From the NCBI GenBank assembly GCA_040954595.2, contig CM082582.2:3270303-3334302 (forward strand): 64,000 bases of DNA, read 5' to 3'. The DNA comes from Balanoglossus misakiensis (taxonomy: Eukaryota; Animalia; Hemichordata). Position 1 is the stretch's first letter, and the number at the start of each line of letters is the position of its first letter. The notes beneath the pieces were generated by a model. The model was not told where the DNA came from and ran no database searches. It worked only from the letters and a program-made list of their open reading frames with translations. Positions 48,001-63,000 of the stretch are shown piece after piece. The position numbers and the translations under genes were made by a program.

Positions 48001-51000
48001 GGAAAACTTTATTATTGATTCGAAGTATACATACCGCTTCATGGGAGATTCGGGATCTTGGAATGGTTGCCACGACACGGTGACCGAAGTCAGTGACGTT
48101 TGACAGACGGCGTTATTCCTCTCACACTCTGCAGAAAATAGAGAAAAATAGTCATTACACAACATTCTCTATTTAACACAGAAGAAAGGGATTGATTATT
48201 TTGCAAAGTGGCTAACGGCAGTAAAATAAAAATCGCAAGTTATGCATAATTGTTTTACCTTCTGAAGTTTCACAACTATAAGTTTTGCTGCTGAAGTCGG
48301 CGGTCAGATTGAGTCGATCTATGCCGTCCAGCTCTATAACCGTGTTTGGAACGGGAGGCGTTGTATCAACAGTAACTGCCTCGGAGTATGCACTGCTTTC
48401 GTAACCGACTCCATTCACAGCAATGACAGTCACGTAGTACGTAGAAGAGTGGTTGAGTCGAGTGTCGAAACCTTCAGAGTGAAATTGTTCTTCGTGTTAG
48501 TTATTGAAATACAGAGGTCTAAAAATAAAATTTACTATCAAAATGTGCACAACAGTAAGCGAAATGCATATGGTAATAACCACATGAAGTTCTTCAAGTT
48601 GACGGTTGTTTTTCAAGCGTCCATGAAAAAAATGTGACCACTAACCTCGTGCTGTGAAATCGTGGTAATGCGCCGGAAGATCAACGAAGCGGTACAGACT
48701 GTCATCGCCTTCTTCTGTTCCGATACCAAACCTGTACTGACTCACACCACTCTCAGAGTCATAAAAGTCTGACCATGTGCAGGAGACAACTTCAGTATCA
48801 CCGACGTAGAGTGGACATTTTACTGCGCCAGCAATCGCCGGCGTGGTGTCCACAATGATGGTACCAGAAACAGATTGACCCCACAGTCCGGCCTAAAAAA
48901 GAACATGTTATATTTATTGTTTGAATGCTATTTTTAGCTCTTCTGTCACTTGTGTCAGCCGAGCTGTAGCAGTAGGTTGATAAGTGTCCGTCCGGCGTCC
49001 GTCAACTTTTGGTATTTCAATCTTCTTCTTTAAAACAACTTGGCATATTTAGCTGAAATTTGGTTGGAATGTGTGTTATGGTGCCCTTAACTGATTTTGT
49101 TAATTTGGATTTAATGGGGTCATGAATATGCAAATTAGATCTAAAAATAGAAGTTTTGGTAAAAATCTTCTTCTCCACAACTACATGTACAATGGAGCTG
49201 AAATTTGGTAGGAATGTGTGTTATGGTGCCCCTACCTGATTTTGTAAATTTGTATTTGATGGGGTCATGAATATGCAAATTATATCTAAAAATAGAATTT
49301 TCGGTAAAAAATCTTCTTCTCCATAACTACATGTACGATGGAGCTGAAATTTGATAGGAATGTGTGTTATGGTGCCCCTACCTGATTTTGTAAATTTGGA
49401 TTTGATGGGATCATGAATATGCAAATTAGATCTAAAAGTAGAATTTTTGGTAAAAAATCTTCTTCTCCATAACTACTTGTACGATGGAGCTGAAATTTGG
49501 TAGGAATGTGTGTTATGGTGCCCCTACCTGATTTTGTTAATTTGGATATGATGGGGTCATAAATATGCAAATTAGAACCTTGGTGCTTCCTTTTGACGTT
49601 GTTCTTTAGGATTCAATTCTTTCTTTCTTTAGCACAATGAATCAAGCTGAATTTGGATAAATACTTGTGATGTCTATGTATGTATGTATGTATGTATGTA
49701 TGTATGTATGTATGTATGTATGTATGTATGTATGTATGAATGCAGGTATGTATTTATGAGAACTCTTTAATGCAAAAACGGAAATACATATATTGTACAT
49801 TTTATTGCAAAATAAGTTTAAACTGCAAAACTTACTCCATTCAAGGTGCGTAGAAAAAGTATGTTTGACTGGCCCATGTCATCTGGAGTTACCATGGCAT
49901 TGGGTACGTTGGAACGTTCAGTTGTATCAGTGCAGTTATAGACGTCACTTGACCCCGGATAGCTTCCGAAGCAAAACTCCGAGAATAGGATGTCACTGTC
50001 CGATTCCTTGATGGTCCATTCGGCTGTGATGGTGTCGCTAGACTCCTGTGTGGTGGCAAGGTACAAATGGTTTTAATAATGTAACATCGTGACTGATTAT
50101 GCTGCATCCATTTTGCGATTTCTCGTCAAAAATATCATTACCAATGTTTACAAGATTGAGGGTTACACCTGTCAAGTACATTTACCGGTCACTAACCTGG
50201 TAACAAACGTCACCCATGCTACTACAAGTGGCATTTCCCTCGATAGCCACACCAACTGACAAGATATCCACTTGCGGTCTTGTCGTGTCGACTGTAAACC
50301 CGTCAGAGATGGATTCCAGCACATTTCCAGCGCCAGTAATTGCGCGGACGGTGACGTAATAGGTGACGCCATTCTCGAGCTCAAGTAAAGATTGACACTT
50401 TCCGGAACCAGCGATACCTGCGGGGAATTACTTTTTTTAAATAGCGACATATGCAGTTTTCTATATGAAACAGTACAACTCGTTAAAAAAAATCGACTGC
50501 AGAGACACAAATATCACAATGTTACCCCATTGCGAATACCAGTACATCTTCCTGTTACAAGGTTTTAATGGTAAGATTCAGTACCCCTATAAATTGTTCT
50601 AATAATAATCACAACTTTCTACTGTGGGGCCAGCCATATATAGCGAAGACGAAAGAGGGTGGGGTGGGGGTGAGCAGAGTGACAACGTCATCTTACCCCC
50701 GCCAGGATTGTCCTCTGTAGGACCGACGACTATTCCCGCTCTGATGAACGGCTGTACATCGTCGCCCCGGGATGATTTGCCAATGGCCCACTCGTAGTGC
50801 ATGATGCCGTGCATGTGACTCTCAAAGCCGGAGAAGTGAGCCGTGACGACCGTGGCGTCCTTCTGGAAATCGACGTCACCAGTCAGCGTGTCGTTCACCG
50901 ACAGCGCAGGCTCAGCGCCGTCAATAACCACGCCGATTTGGTCCCCAGGGACGACCTTTATGGGACTGGAAAATAAAACGAGCGAAACCATTGGACGGTA

Positions 51001-54000
51001 ACAGTTAAACGTACACGATTTTTAATATATGGAAAGAATGCCCGATTTGGACTTAAGCTGTAACTTTTGGCTTCATTTCCAGTATTTTATTTTATTTGTG
51101 TCAACTGGAATTTCTTGTTCTACTCCGAACAGCATGCTAATATACCGGCTGCTCCACTTGTCAACATAAAAGTGTGTATAGTTATTGTTGACATAAAACG
51201 AATTCTAGTCCGGACTTAAAATAACATTTCCACAATAACAATGGTGATTCTACACGCAAAGGCTGTGCTGATTTGCTAATTACATGTTAATTCTTGGCAT
51301 TTCATCAACCTTCACGGATTTCAACAAGAAACTGCACCGGATGCAGCTACTATCGTCAACTTTTACCTTGATACCATTTGTTCGGACAGAGTCCTTGCTC
51401 CATTCTCGGCTGTCACAGTGACATAATATATTGGTCCATTCTCTTCTTCGTCATAGAACTCCAGATGCAAGCCATCAATGTAGCCACCAGCCGATGGCCC
51501 CATGTCTCTGTTGTCACAAATATCCGAGCCCCCTAGAATTTTTGTGATGAAGAAAACGCGTCACGTCAACCTATAACTAATAGGCCCTATATTTTAGGTT
51601 TATTCGTCCAAGCATACGAATCAAAAACAAATGTTCTCATAACTCCATGAGACCTCGCAAGGCTAGGCAGTTAGTGGAGGGCACATTCTCATGTGACACA
51701 GGATAATCAATCACATGACCCATCGTACTAAACGGCACAAAAGTTACAATTTTTGTTCAACTCTGCACCTTATATTCTATAGTTTTATCTAAAACTTGAC
51801 TGGTATTAATTTACTTGGCCAGCAATCCCTTGCTACGGCAATAAACCAAATCTCGCGGCATTTCGCAACGAGAGGAACATTATTACAGAGAGTATTCGGT
51901 GCGCTTACCTGGGGAGGTTCCGACGCTGGCGTGGTAAGTCTTGATTCCGCTTTCGTAGTCCACAGCATACCAGTACGCCGTGATACCGAATTCATCTGTC
52001 TGCTGCACGTACCCATCGTAAAGTTCTTCCATGTCAGACGCCATGCTGCCGATAGCAAGAGACTTCATCTACAAGGACAGAATTTCCAGCTAGTTAGTTT
52101 AATGCCATCTAAAGATCCCAAGGGTTTGACGGCCTGAAACAGAAAACCAATCTAGCCTATAATTCTAACAGCAAGAACTCACCTTTGGAGATGATGGGTC
52201 CACTGTAACGCCATCGGTGTCTTGTACATTGGTCAACCCGGCATTGTTGATCGACGATACCCTGATGGTATACTTGCCACCCGTCTTCAAGCTCAGGGAG
52301 GGAGATGTCCAACCAGATTCGTCTCCGTCAACTATTTCCCATTCGTTACTGGAAATAAAACACGGGGACTAAAGTCATATGTAGTACACATGGGAAAATT
52401 ATACATCTTTTTAAAGTGCATACTGGAAATTGCCACAGAATGATAAGACAATCCACTGTTTTTAATCTCTTACTGCCCTTGGTAGTCACGCTGACCATAC
52501 AAAGGTTCAACGAGGGACCATGTGTATGTATGGGGCACATTAGTGACAGAAGCCTATACCTGCTCTTTGGGTAGATCCTCTTGGTAGCGCCGCCATATTT
52601 CTCATAAACTGCCAACTCGTAGCGACCAACGGACGACTCCGGATCTTCAAAGTCCCAGTTGGCATGGAGGATGGAGCTGCTTGCCTGAAACACAGAAGAT
52701 TAGCCACATTCGGTATCATGTGGACCCAAAATTGATATTTCCAAGAAAACGAAATAGTATCCAGACGAGACGACACAAGTTTGCCCTAAAGGATGCGCAG
52801 ATGACACCAAAATTGGCCACAATAATGTCACATGAGAGCGAATTTAAGAGTTTAATGAGAGCGAATCTTGAGAATATAACAATGCTGTTGACTCTAATAC
52901 CGTATACTGGTCATCTACTCCTGCGGTCATCCCATCTCCGAGGAAATGCATAATCGGCGCCGACAGGTCAACGAGGAAGCCGTCTGTGGAATCTGCAGTC
53001 GATGACGTTGCGCGATTAATGGCTTGGATGTCGGTGTAGACGATGTCACCTTGGTGGTGGTGAAAGTGGTTCCAATTGAATGAATTTGAATCCGAGGCTA
53101 GTGTTACTGTATCTTGAAGTACTTCCCATGTGGTTGAATTGTGACCTGAGACAAGACGGCATTGCGTTATGATAAACAGACCACATTTCCACAAAATATC
53201 ATAAATTTGATTTAATGGAAATGAATGTGGATTTCTCTGTGAATTAAACACTTGAATTGTCCCTATGTTGTATCACACAGCTCGTGTTCGAGTCTCAAAA
53301 TTAAAAAGACTGCCACGTGTTCTTTATTACGATTGGCTGCAATTGACGATTTCAAACATTCGGACGTTGCAATAGTCGCAAATACATGCTTAAGTAACAC
53401 TCACCCCTTTTTCTCCAAATTTTCACGGCGTACTCTTCGATGTCCGACTCGGGATCTTCGAAGCCGTGCCAGTTGGCAGACACAGAGGAAGCTTCCGATG
53501 AAAACAGCATGTCGTTGTCTGGGTCTAGACCATCTAGGACATAACCCTTGACAGGGGGGGTTTCGTCGTACAAAACTGGAAGGCAGTAAACATCATTATA
53601 TTTAAACAAGAGTATCGCAAATAGTTGCCATACAGTAGTGGACTAGTAGTGGACACAGTGCTTACCTCCATTCGATGACACCGTTGTGGTGAGAAGCTTA
53701 TGCCCAGCATTGTATGCAGTCAGGGTTGTGTAATACGTTGTGTTATGTTCGAGACTGACACTCTTGTTACAAGCTGTGGACGCCTGGGGATGGTACTCTT
53801 GAAACGGACTGACGTCATCACTGTATGGGACGGTTCCTACACCCCACATGTACTTCTCTGTCAAAGTACACACATACGTAATTAGTTTACGAGGGAGAGC
53901 TAACGCTGAAAAGTCTGCCATTATTTCGCATCAGCCGTTTCTCACGGAATTTTCCATTTCAAATTATGCAAGTTAAAATGGTCGTTCGAGCCACAGTTTG

Positions 54001-57000
54001 TTGAACTGGACAATCGCATTACCTATGCCACTTTCAACGTCAATGAATCCTTCCCAGTTTCCACATATCTCGTGCTTAGTATTCTGAAAGGCGATGTCAA
54101 TGCCGTGCACGGGACCATCAAACAGATCTCCGGCGATTGGGGGACTGGTGTCAACAACAACAGGTATCTCTGCATGCCCCGTCTCGTACAAATCAACTGA
54201 AACAACAAGAAAATGTCATTTTACTTTCCGAGTGGTTGTCGCAATAGATTCAGACCAGAGTAACCGCGATGTTATTTGAATAATAATACCAAGAGCTACA
54301 AAATGTTCAAATGGCGTTCAAACGTCTTGTCTCTGGTATGAAGTTATTCATTTTATCACCAAAGTCAATCATCAAAAATACTCGCGAATTACATGATAAT
54401 TACAGGCACTCTTAAATATGCTGGCAAGGATTCAATAATTCAGTTTCAAACATTACAGTGGAGGTTGGTTACCATTGTTCCACGCTTTGAGTCTGACCCA
54501 GGTGAGAACACCGTCTGGTATGCAGAATTCGTGAGTGACATTTGTGGACGCTTCGTGTCGCTGCCAATCCATCACGTATACATCTCGAGTGCTCAAACCG
54601 TAACCGATATCAACCTCTCGTATGTATGACAGAGGGTCACTATAGAAAGAAGGTACAACAAATTACATGATGTTTTAAACAAATGTTGCCGAATACTACT
54701 TGTACGATAGGATAGCGCCAAATCAGCAAATTGCTTCATTATTACTAGGGAACTGATACTGGTATTTTTCGTGCTTTAACTACCTGGGAAGAACATCCTA
54801 AGTATTGCCTGAGAATACGCCACACTATCACAGCACATATACTAGTATTTCACTCATATTAAATTCAATATGGAAACATTCGAATACCTGGCATTGTAAT
54901 TAACACTCAAGGAGCACGTTTCGTCATCATAAACCCAATCATATACTTCATGGACAAACGGAGGAGTGGTGTCGATTGTGTATAAAGTTGTGTGACAGAC
55001 CGTGGTGGCCATTGGTCCACCGAATTCAACCTTGTTGAGGGCGCGGACGGTGATATGATAGTGTCCATCTGTGGTAAAAACGCAAAACAGAGTGCGATAG
55101 TATCAGTCCAAAATTCGACATTTTCCTGTGTGTAAAATCTGTAACCCAAATTTCGATCGGGAAAAGCACATGTAAAACGTATTGTTATTGCTTTTAACAC
55201 CCCAAAAGTTCCCATACAGCTCAGTACTGTTATTACTAATTATTTGAAAATGCTGTAAACGGTGGTTCAAATTGTCATTTATGTCTTCATACAGCCCGAG
55301 AAACACCAAGAACGTTGACCTACCCTCCAGTGTTATTGTAGCGACGCCCTCATGTATCCATTCACTTTCGTGATAAATATGCGCATGTGGATCGATGTGA
55401 GGGTGCACATCCTCCATACACGTGGAGTTTCCCACTGACCACGTGTAGCCGTAGATGCCAGTTTGGTCGTCCTTGTAACCATCCCAGTTAGCTGTCAGAT
55501 GGAACAATTATTGTATATATGAGACTTTCAATTGATTACTATAGACCAGTATCTGTATTGAAATTTCGCCTGGACTTACTTGTGTGACTTTGAGTCTATA
55601 GTTTAAAGGTATACGGTCACCTCCAATTTGCATACGCGCATAGATGGCTGAAATGGCGTATTTGAGCGTTCTAAAGAACATATGGTGGCGCTCTTTTTTT
55701 CGCGTGTGCCACCCACTGAAAATCCGTGATTGGCTAGATCTCAATTCGCCATGGTAACTATAGCTAATTTTCCATAGGTGACCGTATACCTTTAACACGC
55801 AAGCAACTGTGTAGTATGGGACAAATACCCGCATGCGCAGATGGGACGACGCCCACCCTGTAAACACTTACGATCAACTCTGTTCGAACGAACAGACTAC
55901 GCACGCATCTCTCAACGAATAAATGACAAAAATCCCTTTCATCGACCGTGTACCTGCGAATGAAATGGAGTTGCAGTGATACTTGTGGGAGCATTTTGGA
56001 TATTCCCAAATACTTTAATGAGCTTCCACTCAGGATGATTACCTGATATGTACGTATAGGCTCTGGTGTACAACAGGTCTACGAGCGGCTCATGTCCATT
56101 GAAAACCGTTGCAGATCCCGGTCCATCCACAACATACCTAGAATAAACATGTGATGGGCATAAATTAGTACTGCTGTAACTTGTGAGTATTTAGATGGAT
56201 TAAGCTTCTCCAGAATTTTAATGGCATTTTGATGGTGGGATGTTCCCAATATCAAAACAGCCATTTACATATTTTGTCGAACTATGGTATAAAAAACAAC
56301 AAAGTCCGGGCTCACCTGTGGTTAGGCAGTGGTGTGTCTTCATTGCATCGGTCGTGCCATTTTTCATCCACGAAATCGGTGCATTTCTCGTTGTGTGTGT
56401 CGTCATACTCGGCGTTCATGATTGTTCCAGTGTCGGGAGGCGTGAAGTCCGCAAGAACTCCATCAGACGACACAATCGACTTGTAGCCTACAGATCCACA
56501 AGCGCCAATGTAGTAAGCTTACTCATTTAAACAATTCTTGTTTGTGTCACACAGTGCGAAATTACATATAACCGAACATTATTTAGATTTGCTGTCATGC
56601 GCAGGGAACAAAACACTTACCCAACACATTCTGTGAGTATATATTGAAGATGTATAAATCATTGTGCCTCAGCGACAAGTCTTCGTGGCGATGTTCTGTC
56701 GTATAGCCAACCCCGAGTCGCTCATAGTGTTTAAAGTGTCCGCTCTGCAAAATAAACACAGGCGTTTTTGCTTTTGGCTCAAGATGCATTGGCGATGATC
56801 GTAAGTTTACTATGCAAGCAGTTTTATGCAAATCGGCGTACATTTTACAGGAACCTATAGACATATTGCACCAATCCACATAGCAAGCAAATCAGCAATG
56901 AAAACGCCTCAAAGTGTTGTTTCAATACCCCTAAAACTGTTCTCCCCTCACTGCAGCTTTTGTAGCAGGCAGTAGTTGGTATAAGGTAGGTGTCCCAAAT

Positions 57001-60000
57001 GTGTATAATTGGGGGCTGGCATACCTGATGTATATTGCGTCCATCTCCTTGTATGTGTTCCAGCAGCTCGCAGTGACCACCGTCTCCGTAATCATAATTG
57101 AAACTCAGGCACTTGGCCGCCGGATACTCCAGACACTTGTATGAACACTTGTAGTCGTACTTCTCGATCGAGGACTTGAACGGTTTCGCGTCGAGCCTCC
57201 CACTTTGCGGCGCCGCGAAGTACTGTATACTTTCCTGTTCAGGGGGCAGGTCTGTCATCTCGCTGCCGTCTTCGAATTGGAATTCGGTCCAGTTGACCAT
57301 TTGACAACCAAACTTTTCAGAGCCGTAGCCCACCGCTTCCTGAATAAATAATTTGCATAATCAGTGACGGTTTAGAATAGATATGTTGTTGACAACAGTC
57401 AGAAAATTATTGATGTTAATGGTTGGTCAAAAGCTGCGTTAATATTCATCAACGTCAACCTTAATATTTATATCGGAATTTTGATGGTTACAAAAATGAA
57501 AGACAACATGCAGAAGTCACGTTATTTTTTTTTTCAAATATTGATGGAAAGGCGCTGTTTATCATCGTCGCAAACCACGGCCCTTTTACGGCAGCGCTCT
57601 GCTCCCCGCAAAAAGGCCGTGGTATAATACGGCCATGTATTCAGTATTTGGTCTAGGCGCTTTCACAGTACATCCAACAACCAATCAGATTGCTTGTTAC
57701 ATCCCATTCACGCATCTCATTACATCTCATTCTAAACAACATGGCGGCTTCCAGTGGCAGTGCTCCGAGTCTGAGTGAGAGCGAAGAACGTGCAGTTTTG
57801 ATTGGCCAGATTATAATGATGTCATCTCATGAATATGCATTACCAATATGTTCAAATACCAGCGCAGTACTCCATTTTAACCAAAGTACGTGATTTCGAT
57901 AGTGAAACGAAAGAAATACGTAGTCTGGTGGGGCGAGAATGCTGTTTATTGAATGTGTTATTACAGATAGATGATGAAAGCACAGAATTGGGAGGTTAGA
58001 ACTCACCATCTGTAGAACCAATAGTGAATCTTCCGTTATGACTGAAGACGCCCGAAGAATGTAAGGGTGACTGGTGGTTCGGAAATCTGGAGTCACTCGG
58101 CCATTTGGCACGGTTGTGTCAAAGGTCGACAGCTCACATTGCATAGAGTGACCCTCTTCGCCATCATTTTTCGCCGTCACAGTAAAGTACAACGGTACTC
58201 CGCTGCTTAAAGTCTACAGGGGAAAAGTGTAAAGGTGATAGATACATGTAATCGGAACAGCACATATTTTATTTGGCCTAACGACCCGACTAACGCTTAC
58301 ACAAACACAGTTCATACGCTACGGCTTACTTATGGCAGATCTTACCTCTGTTACCGTGGTACCCTGTTGTCCAAGATTGCGTCCTTCAGCAACATCACAA
58401 CCGCCCGAGTAAGTGCCTATGCAGTATGTCAAACGCACCGGACTGTCTTCGTCATGCGCCGCGGCTTCCAATTGAAATGCTGGATCAGTCACATCTCGAT
58501 CTTCAATTTGGCTGATTTTGCAACCACCGGAGTCAGCGTCCTGTCAAACAGAAACACATAATTAACGCCATCCATCCATTTGAACAATAATATACATTGT
58601 AAGGGATTCAATGGTGTGTGATTGTAAAACTTTTTAACTTTTAGTGTTATGCTACCTTAATACGCACTGTCATTAGCATTGACATGTATACACACCTGTT
58701 CAAAGACCGGTGCCGATACGTCCGGTAGCAGTTCGAGCCTACCGTTGCCGGGTCCAATTTCTGTTGACAACTCCCAGCTCCAGCCAGGGAGGAAAATATC
58801 CAGGAGAATAATTGTTACTTCTCTTTTAGGTGTGCTGACAATCTCCAGAATGATGTACACGTGGAACTCTATTCGTAGAGCGACCAAAGTGTACGACACG
58901 TCTTGTCTGTGAAGTAGAAACAGTTAAACCATGCATCACAATATTCACAATATGGAATTAGGCTTATACGGAGTAATTTGTGTGCATGCCTGGACTGTTA
59001 CAGGCGTATGATTGTCGGGTAAAAAGATTGTATTACTTGCTGTGGTCACGAGAATAAACACGGTTGGCTGCACCAACTTGCAATTTGAACATTGCGCATG
59101 GCCAATAACTTCGCAGACCTTTCTTTGTGAACATCAAAATTCCCAGCCCTGGGCAGGGTATTGGGTCAAAGGCTCAGACTTACAAGGTTTGCATCGGCTC
59201 ATGTTGAGCGTCGTTGTTACTGTCTGTCGTTTCTTCAATATTCAAGAAGTACCCCAGCAGCGATGTCCTGATGTAAAATTTTCTCAATCCGAAGTTGGCG
59301 TACGCTTCCACGTAGGAGACGTCACCAACGGGACCAGTCTCGGCCTGCAATGTAAACAAGGCATTTACCACCCTATTTTTCAGTATTTTGTAGCGACATA
59401 AATCAACACGGGAAACTTATATAAGGTAACAGAAGTTGAAATGTCAGACTCCAGTGTCCAGTATACACCGTGTGCAGCTATGTATCATAGTAAGTGGCAC
59501 TAAAAGTGTGTTTCGCGATTTGAATATATCAGTTTCTTCTATTCTCTTCTTCGTGGCGAATGTTCTCTTACCCATAAGGCCTACCCTTGCCTCGGGTATC
59601 TATACTAATGCTGCTAAAAGTCGTTTACAAGTGATATTGAGTTGCAACATGTGCCGTAGTGATTCGGTGGTTTTGTTCGATTACAACATGTTTGTCACTT
59701 TGGATCAATCTATGCGGGTTCGGCGTGCGGCCAGGGGGCATTGACCTATTCCGGATACCTGCTGTATACACCGCCACATCTCAGTGGTTCAAGCTTAAGG
59801 TTACCGTAATTGTCTGGAGATACGATTTGTGGACCGACTGTTTCCAACTATTCTTCACCCTTTTCACAGACATTTCATTTTGCATATCAAACTGATCTTT
59901 GGATGAATGTTAGACCTAATTCCTACTTACCTCACAAGTCATGCCGTCCAAGGATATTGTAATATTGGCCTCCAACAGTTTGTCCCCATACGAAGCAAAC

Positions 60001-63000
60001 CCTAAGGAAATATATGACAGTAATAAATGACAAATGCAATAAATGCAGCTTCTTTACGGTTATGGTTCAGTAGTATAACTTTGTCATTCCTATCTTGTAT
60101 TTATGTAGCATTACATGTATATATATTTCAACATTCGTTTTGCATATCACAGAGCAAAGACACTTCAACGTCATGAAAAATAGACAGACGGTTAATATCC
60201 GTTTTCTTGCATAATAGAAAATTATACAGCCATGTTGGTGACGGGCGTGGTTCTGCGCTATCTTGATAAAACTGAGCGTGGAATTATTCACCTTGCATAG
60301 ACTAATTTGAAACTCCAACCCAGCTAGGGAGTCTATCCGATAGCTGGCTATAGTATAGTCTACCGTCAGACTCCCTAGCTTTGTTAGAATTCCACACTAG
60401 TCTCCGAGAGAAACTTGAATTATGACTGAATAAAGTGTTACATTTGAGGTATTCCTAAATAAATTAGGGCTTGGGCTGCGAGGAACGCACCAAATTGAAT
60501 TTGGAATATCCAGAGTGGAATAGGCTTCAGTTTCCTTTCATACAACTTGAAAGAACCAATAAGCGGCAACCTTATACTTGGCGACAGAGTCAGCAGTTCG
60601 GTCTCGCGAGCAAACTCATCTATATCGAGATCGGACACGTCGACGTCGATTGCATCAAGAGCCTGCACAGAATAAAAGAATTCACAAAGGTACATTGACA
60701 CCGGTTCGCTATAGTTACATGAACAATTTACATAAAGAACCACACAGGTAAACGCGTTAGCCAGATGGAGTTAATTAAAACAATGGCCATGCAATGTACG
60801 TACATGCACATACACTGTAGATACTGTAAAGCTTACATGGAAAATGAAAGTTTATCAAAGCGTGCATGTAAAGAGTTGCACAAAAACTGCAATACAGTAT
60901 AATGACTATTTTAGGCACGTTCTTTTCGAAAAAAACATCTTTATTAAATCGCTGTTGATATTTAAAGAACGCTCGATTATATCTTGATGGTCACAACTTT
61001 GGCGACATTGGAAGCAAACGTCAGCATCTTTGCAATCGAGTAAAAAGGGCTCCAAAATAAATGCATGCAATTTTAAGGACACATTTTGACATAATTCACT
61101 CACGTCTTCCAGGTTGAGATCGACTATGTCGGCCATTAAGTCGGATACAACCGACTCATCCAAATCATACATATCCAGGAGACTTTCGAAATCGCCTAAG
61201 CTGGTAGACTCCGACAATTCTGCAATTAAAGAATCAGGAAACTTTGATGGGGCTGAAAACACGTGTTTACTACTGTTCTGTTTGTTTCGTTATGTTTTGT
61301 TGCTTGCGTATAAGACGAAGTCACTTGTAACTTAACACCGTTAGTTGCACGAAATTAGCAAATCGTATATGTGGACATAATGCAAAGTGTACGTAGTAAT
61401 GCCTTATCGGAAGTTAAAACTGCCTCAGATCGGGTGAAATCTAGTTATATATCTGGCTTTTAAAAGTAAGGACTTGAATGAAAATATGCACATTTTCTGA
61501 ATTGACCAATGCTGACAAATACCTTCGACATTGAAGTCAATATCACCGATGGAATCCACATTACTGGTTACACTGCACCCTACCACCGTCCGAACCATGT
61601 GATGCAGTACGGGCGTAGACGGGAGGCATTCGTCGACCAACGTTGAGCAAATCCTTGCCTCTATCTTCATCTGAAAAGCAGATGGAAGATTTGACATACT
61701 AACTGTATGTGAAGTTTGTTCTGGTGTGGTGCTTGGAGATCCAGCGTTGAAATCCAGTTTACATCTAAACATGTTGGTTATAGAACATGATATGGCGAGT
61801 CGAGCGATTTTCGTCAAAAACGTCGCCGTAATGAGGTCAACATCGGGTGTCATTCAAAGCTCCATGAGCTGTCATTTTTCGCATCATTTCATGATTTTAG
61901 TTTCAAACTAAGCTTTAACATTGGTGTACACACATGAGTTGTCAACCTGTGATTGCGACTGTACGTTAACATATGAACACTTTAAAGATAAACACGTGGG
62001 GCTTTAATACAAACACGCAGACGATATCTATCCGTCAGTATTGCCGAGGTAACGTTGCAATATTGCTGCTGCATACCCTAATCCGATCATTAGTCCTCTC
62101 CAGCTGATAGGTCAGCACAGATGACAAATCCCCAAGAATGTCGTCAGAGAACGGAACATCCATGGTATCTTCATAAGCTGAAATGTGAAACAAAAACTGC
62201 GATCCCATATCTGATGAATAATGTAAATATAACACACTCGAGTGATGTTCTGTTGACATTGTCACTCGACTTAAAGTTACGGCTATGTCGTCAGATCTAT
62301 CGCTAAGAAACATTGTAGAATTGTCAGGTGACCGAAGGGCTGACACTCAAAGCCACCAAGAATCAATGTGCACAGGCTGTCCCTTGCGAAAGAAAGTGGC
62401 TGAGTACAAAAGATTTACAATAAACCCTCTCTGGCTTTACCTGCTTCTGGGTAAGAGATGTCTAGAGAATGGACGTGTTCTCCGCTTTTGACCGTAACTG
62501 TCTCCCCGCATGGATCGTATCGCAAAGAAACCTGGAGACTGTGGTGGAAGTGGGTGAGGAACTGAAGATCTGCGCAGCAATGCATCCCAAGACAGTCGTT
62601 ATGAAATCTACAGAACACCGTTGCGCCCAGCGATGTATTTGTCAATGGGCAACCTGCACGAATATATATATCAGGAGGAAATTTTAGACAAGTCAAAATG
62701 TAACTTGCTCGAATAAAAAAACTCTTGGTCAAAAGTAATCATTCAGATAACTCATGCTATTGTTGCAAGCTGGACCAAAGGATTCCCTTTGGCAGATCAT
62801 AACAAACGTACTCAAGAAACAATTAAGCTACAGAAACTGCCAGTTCCATCTAAAGACACTGCTTCACCAAGACGTTTGATTTAAACGTTATAAAAGTCGT
62901 GCATAATATTTCACCCTGGTCTCCTGTACACCAATAAAGAAACAAGACAGCTGTTTTGAGTCGGTTGTTTTTGGAAATTGGTTGCCGCCAAAATTTGAAA

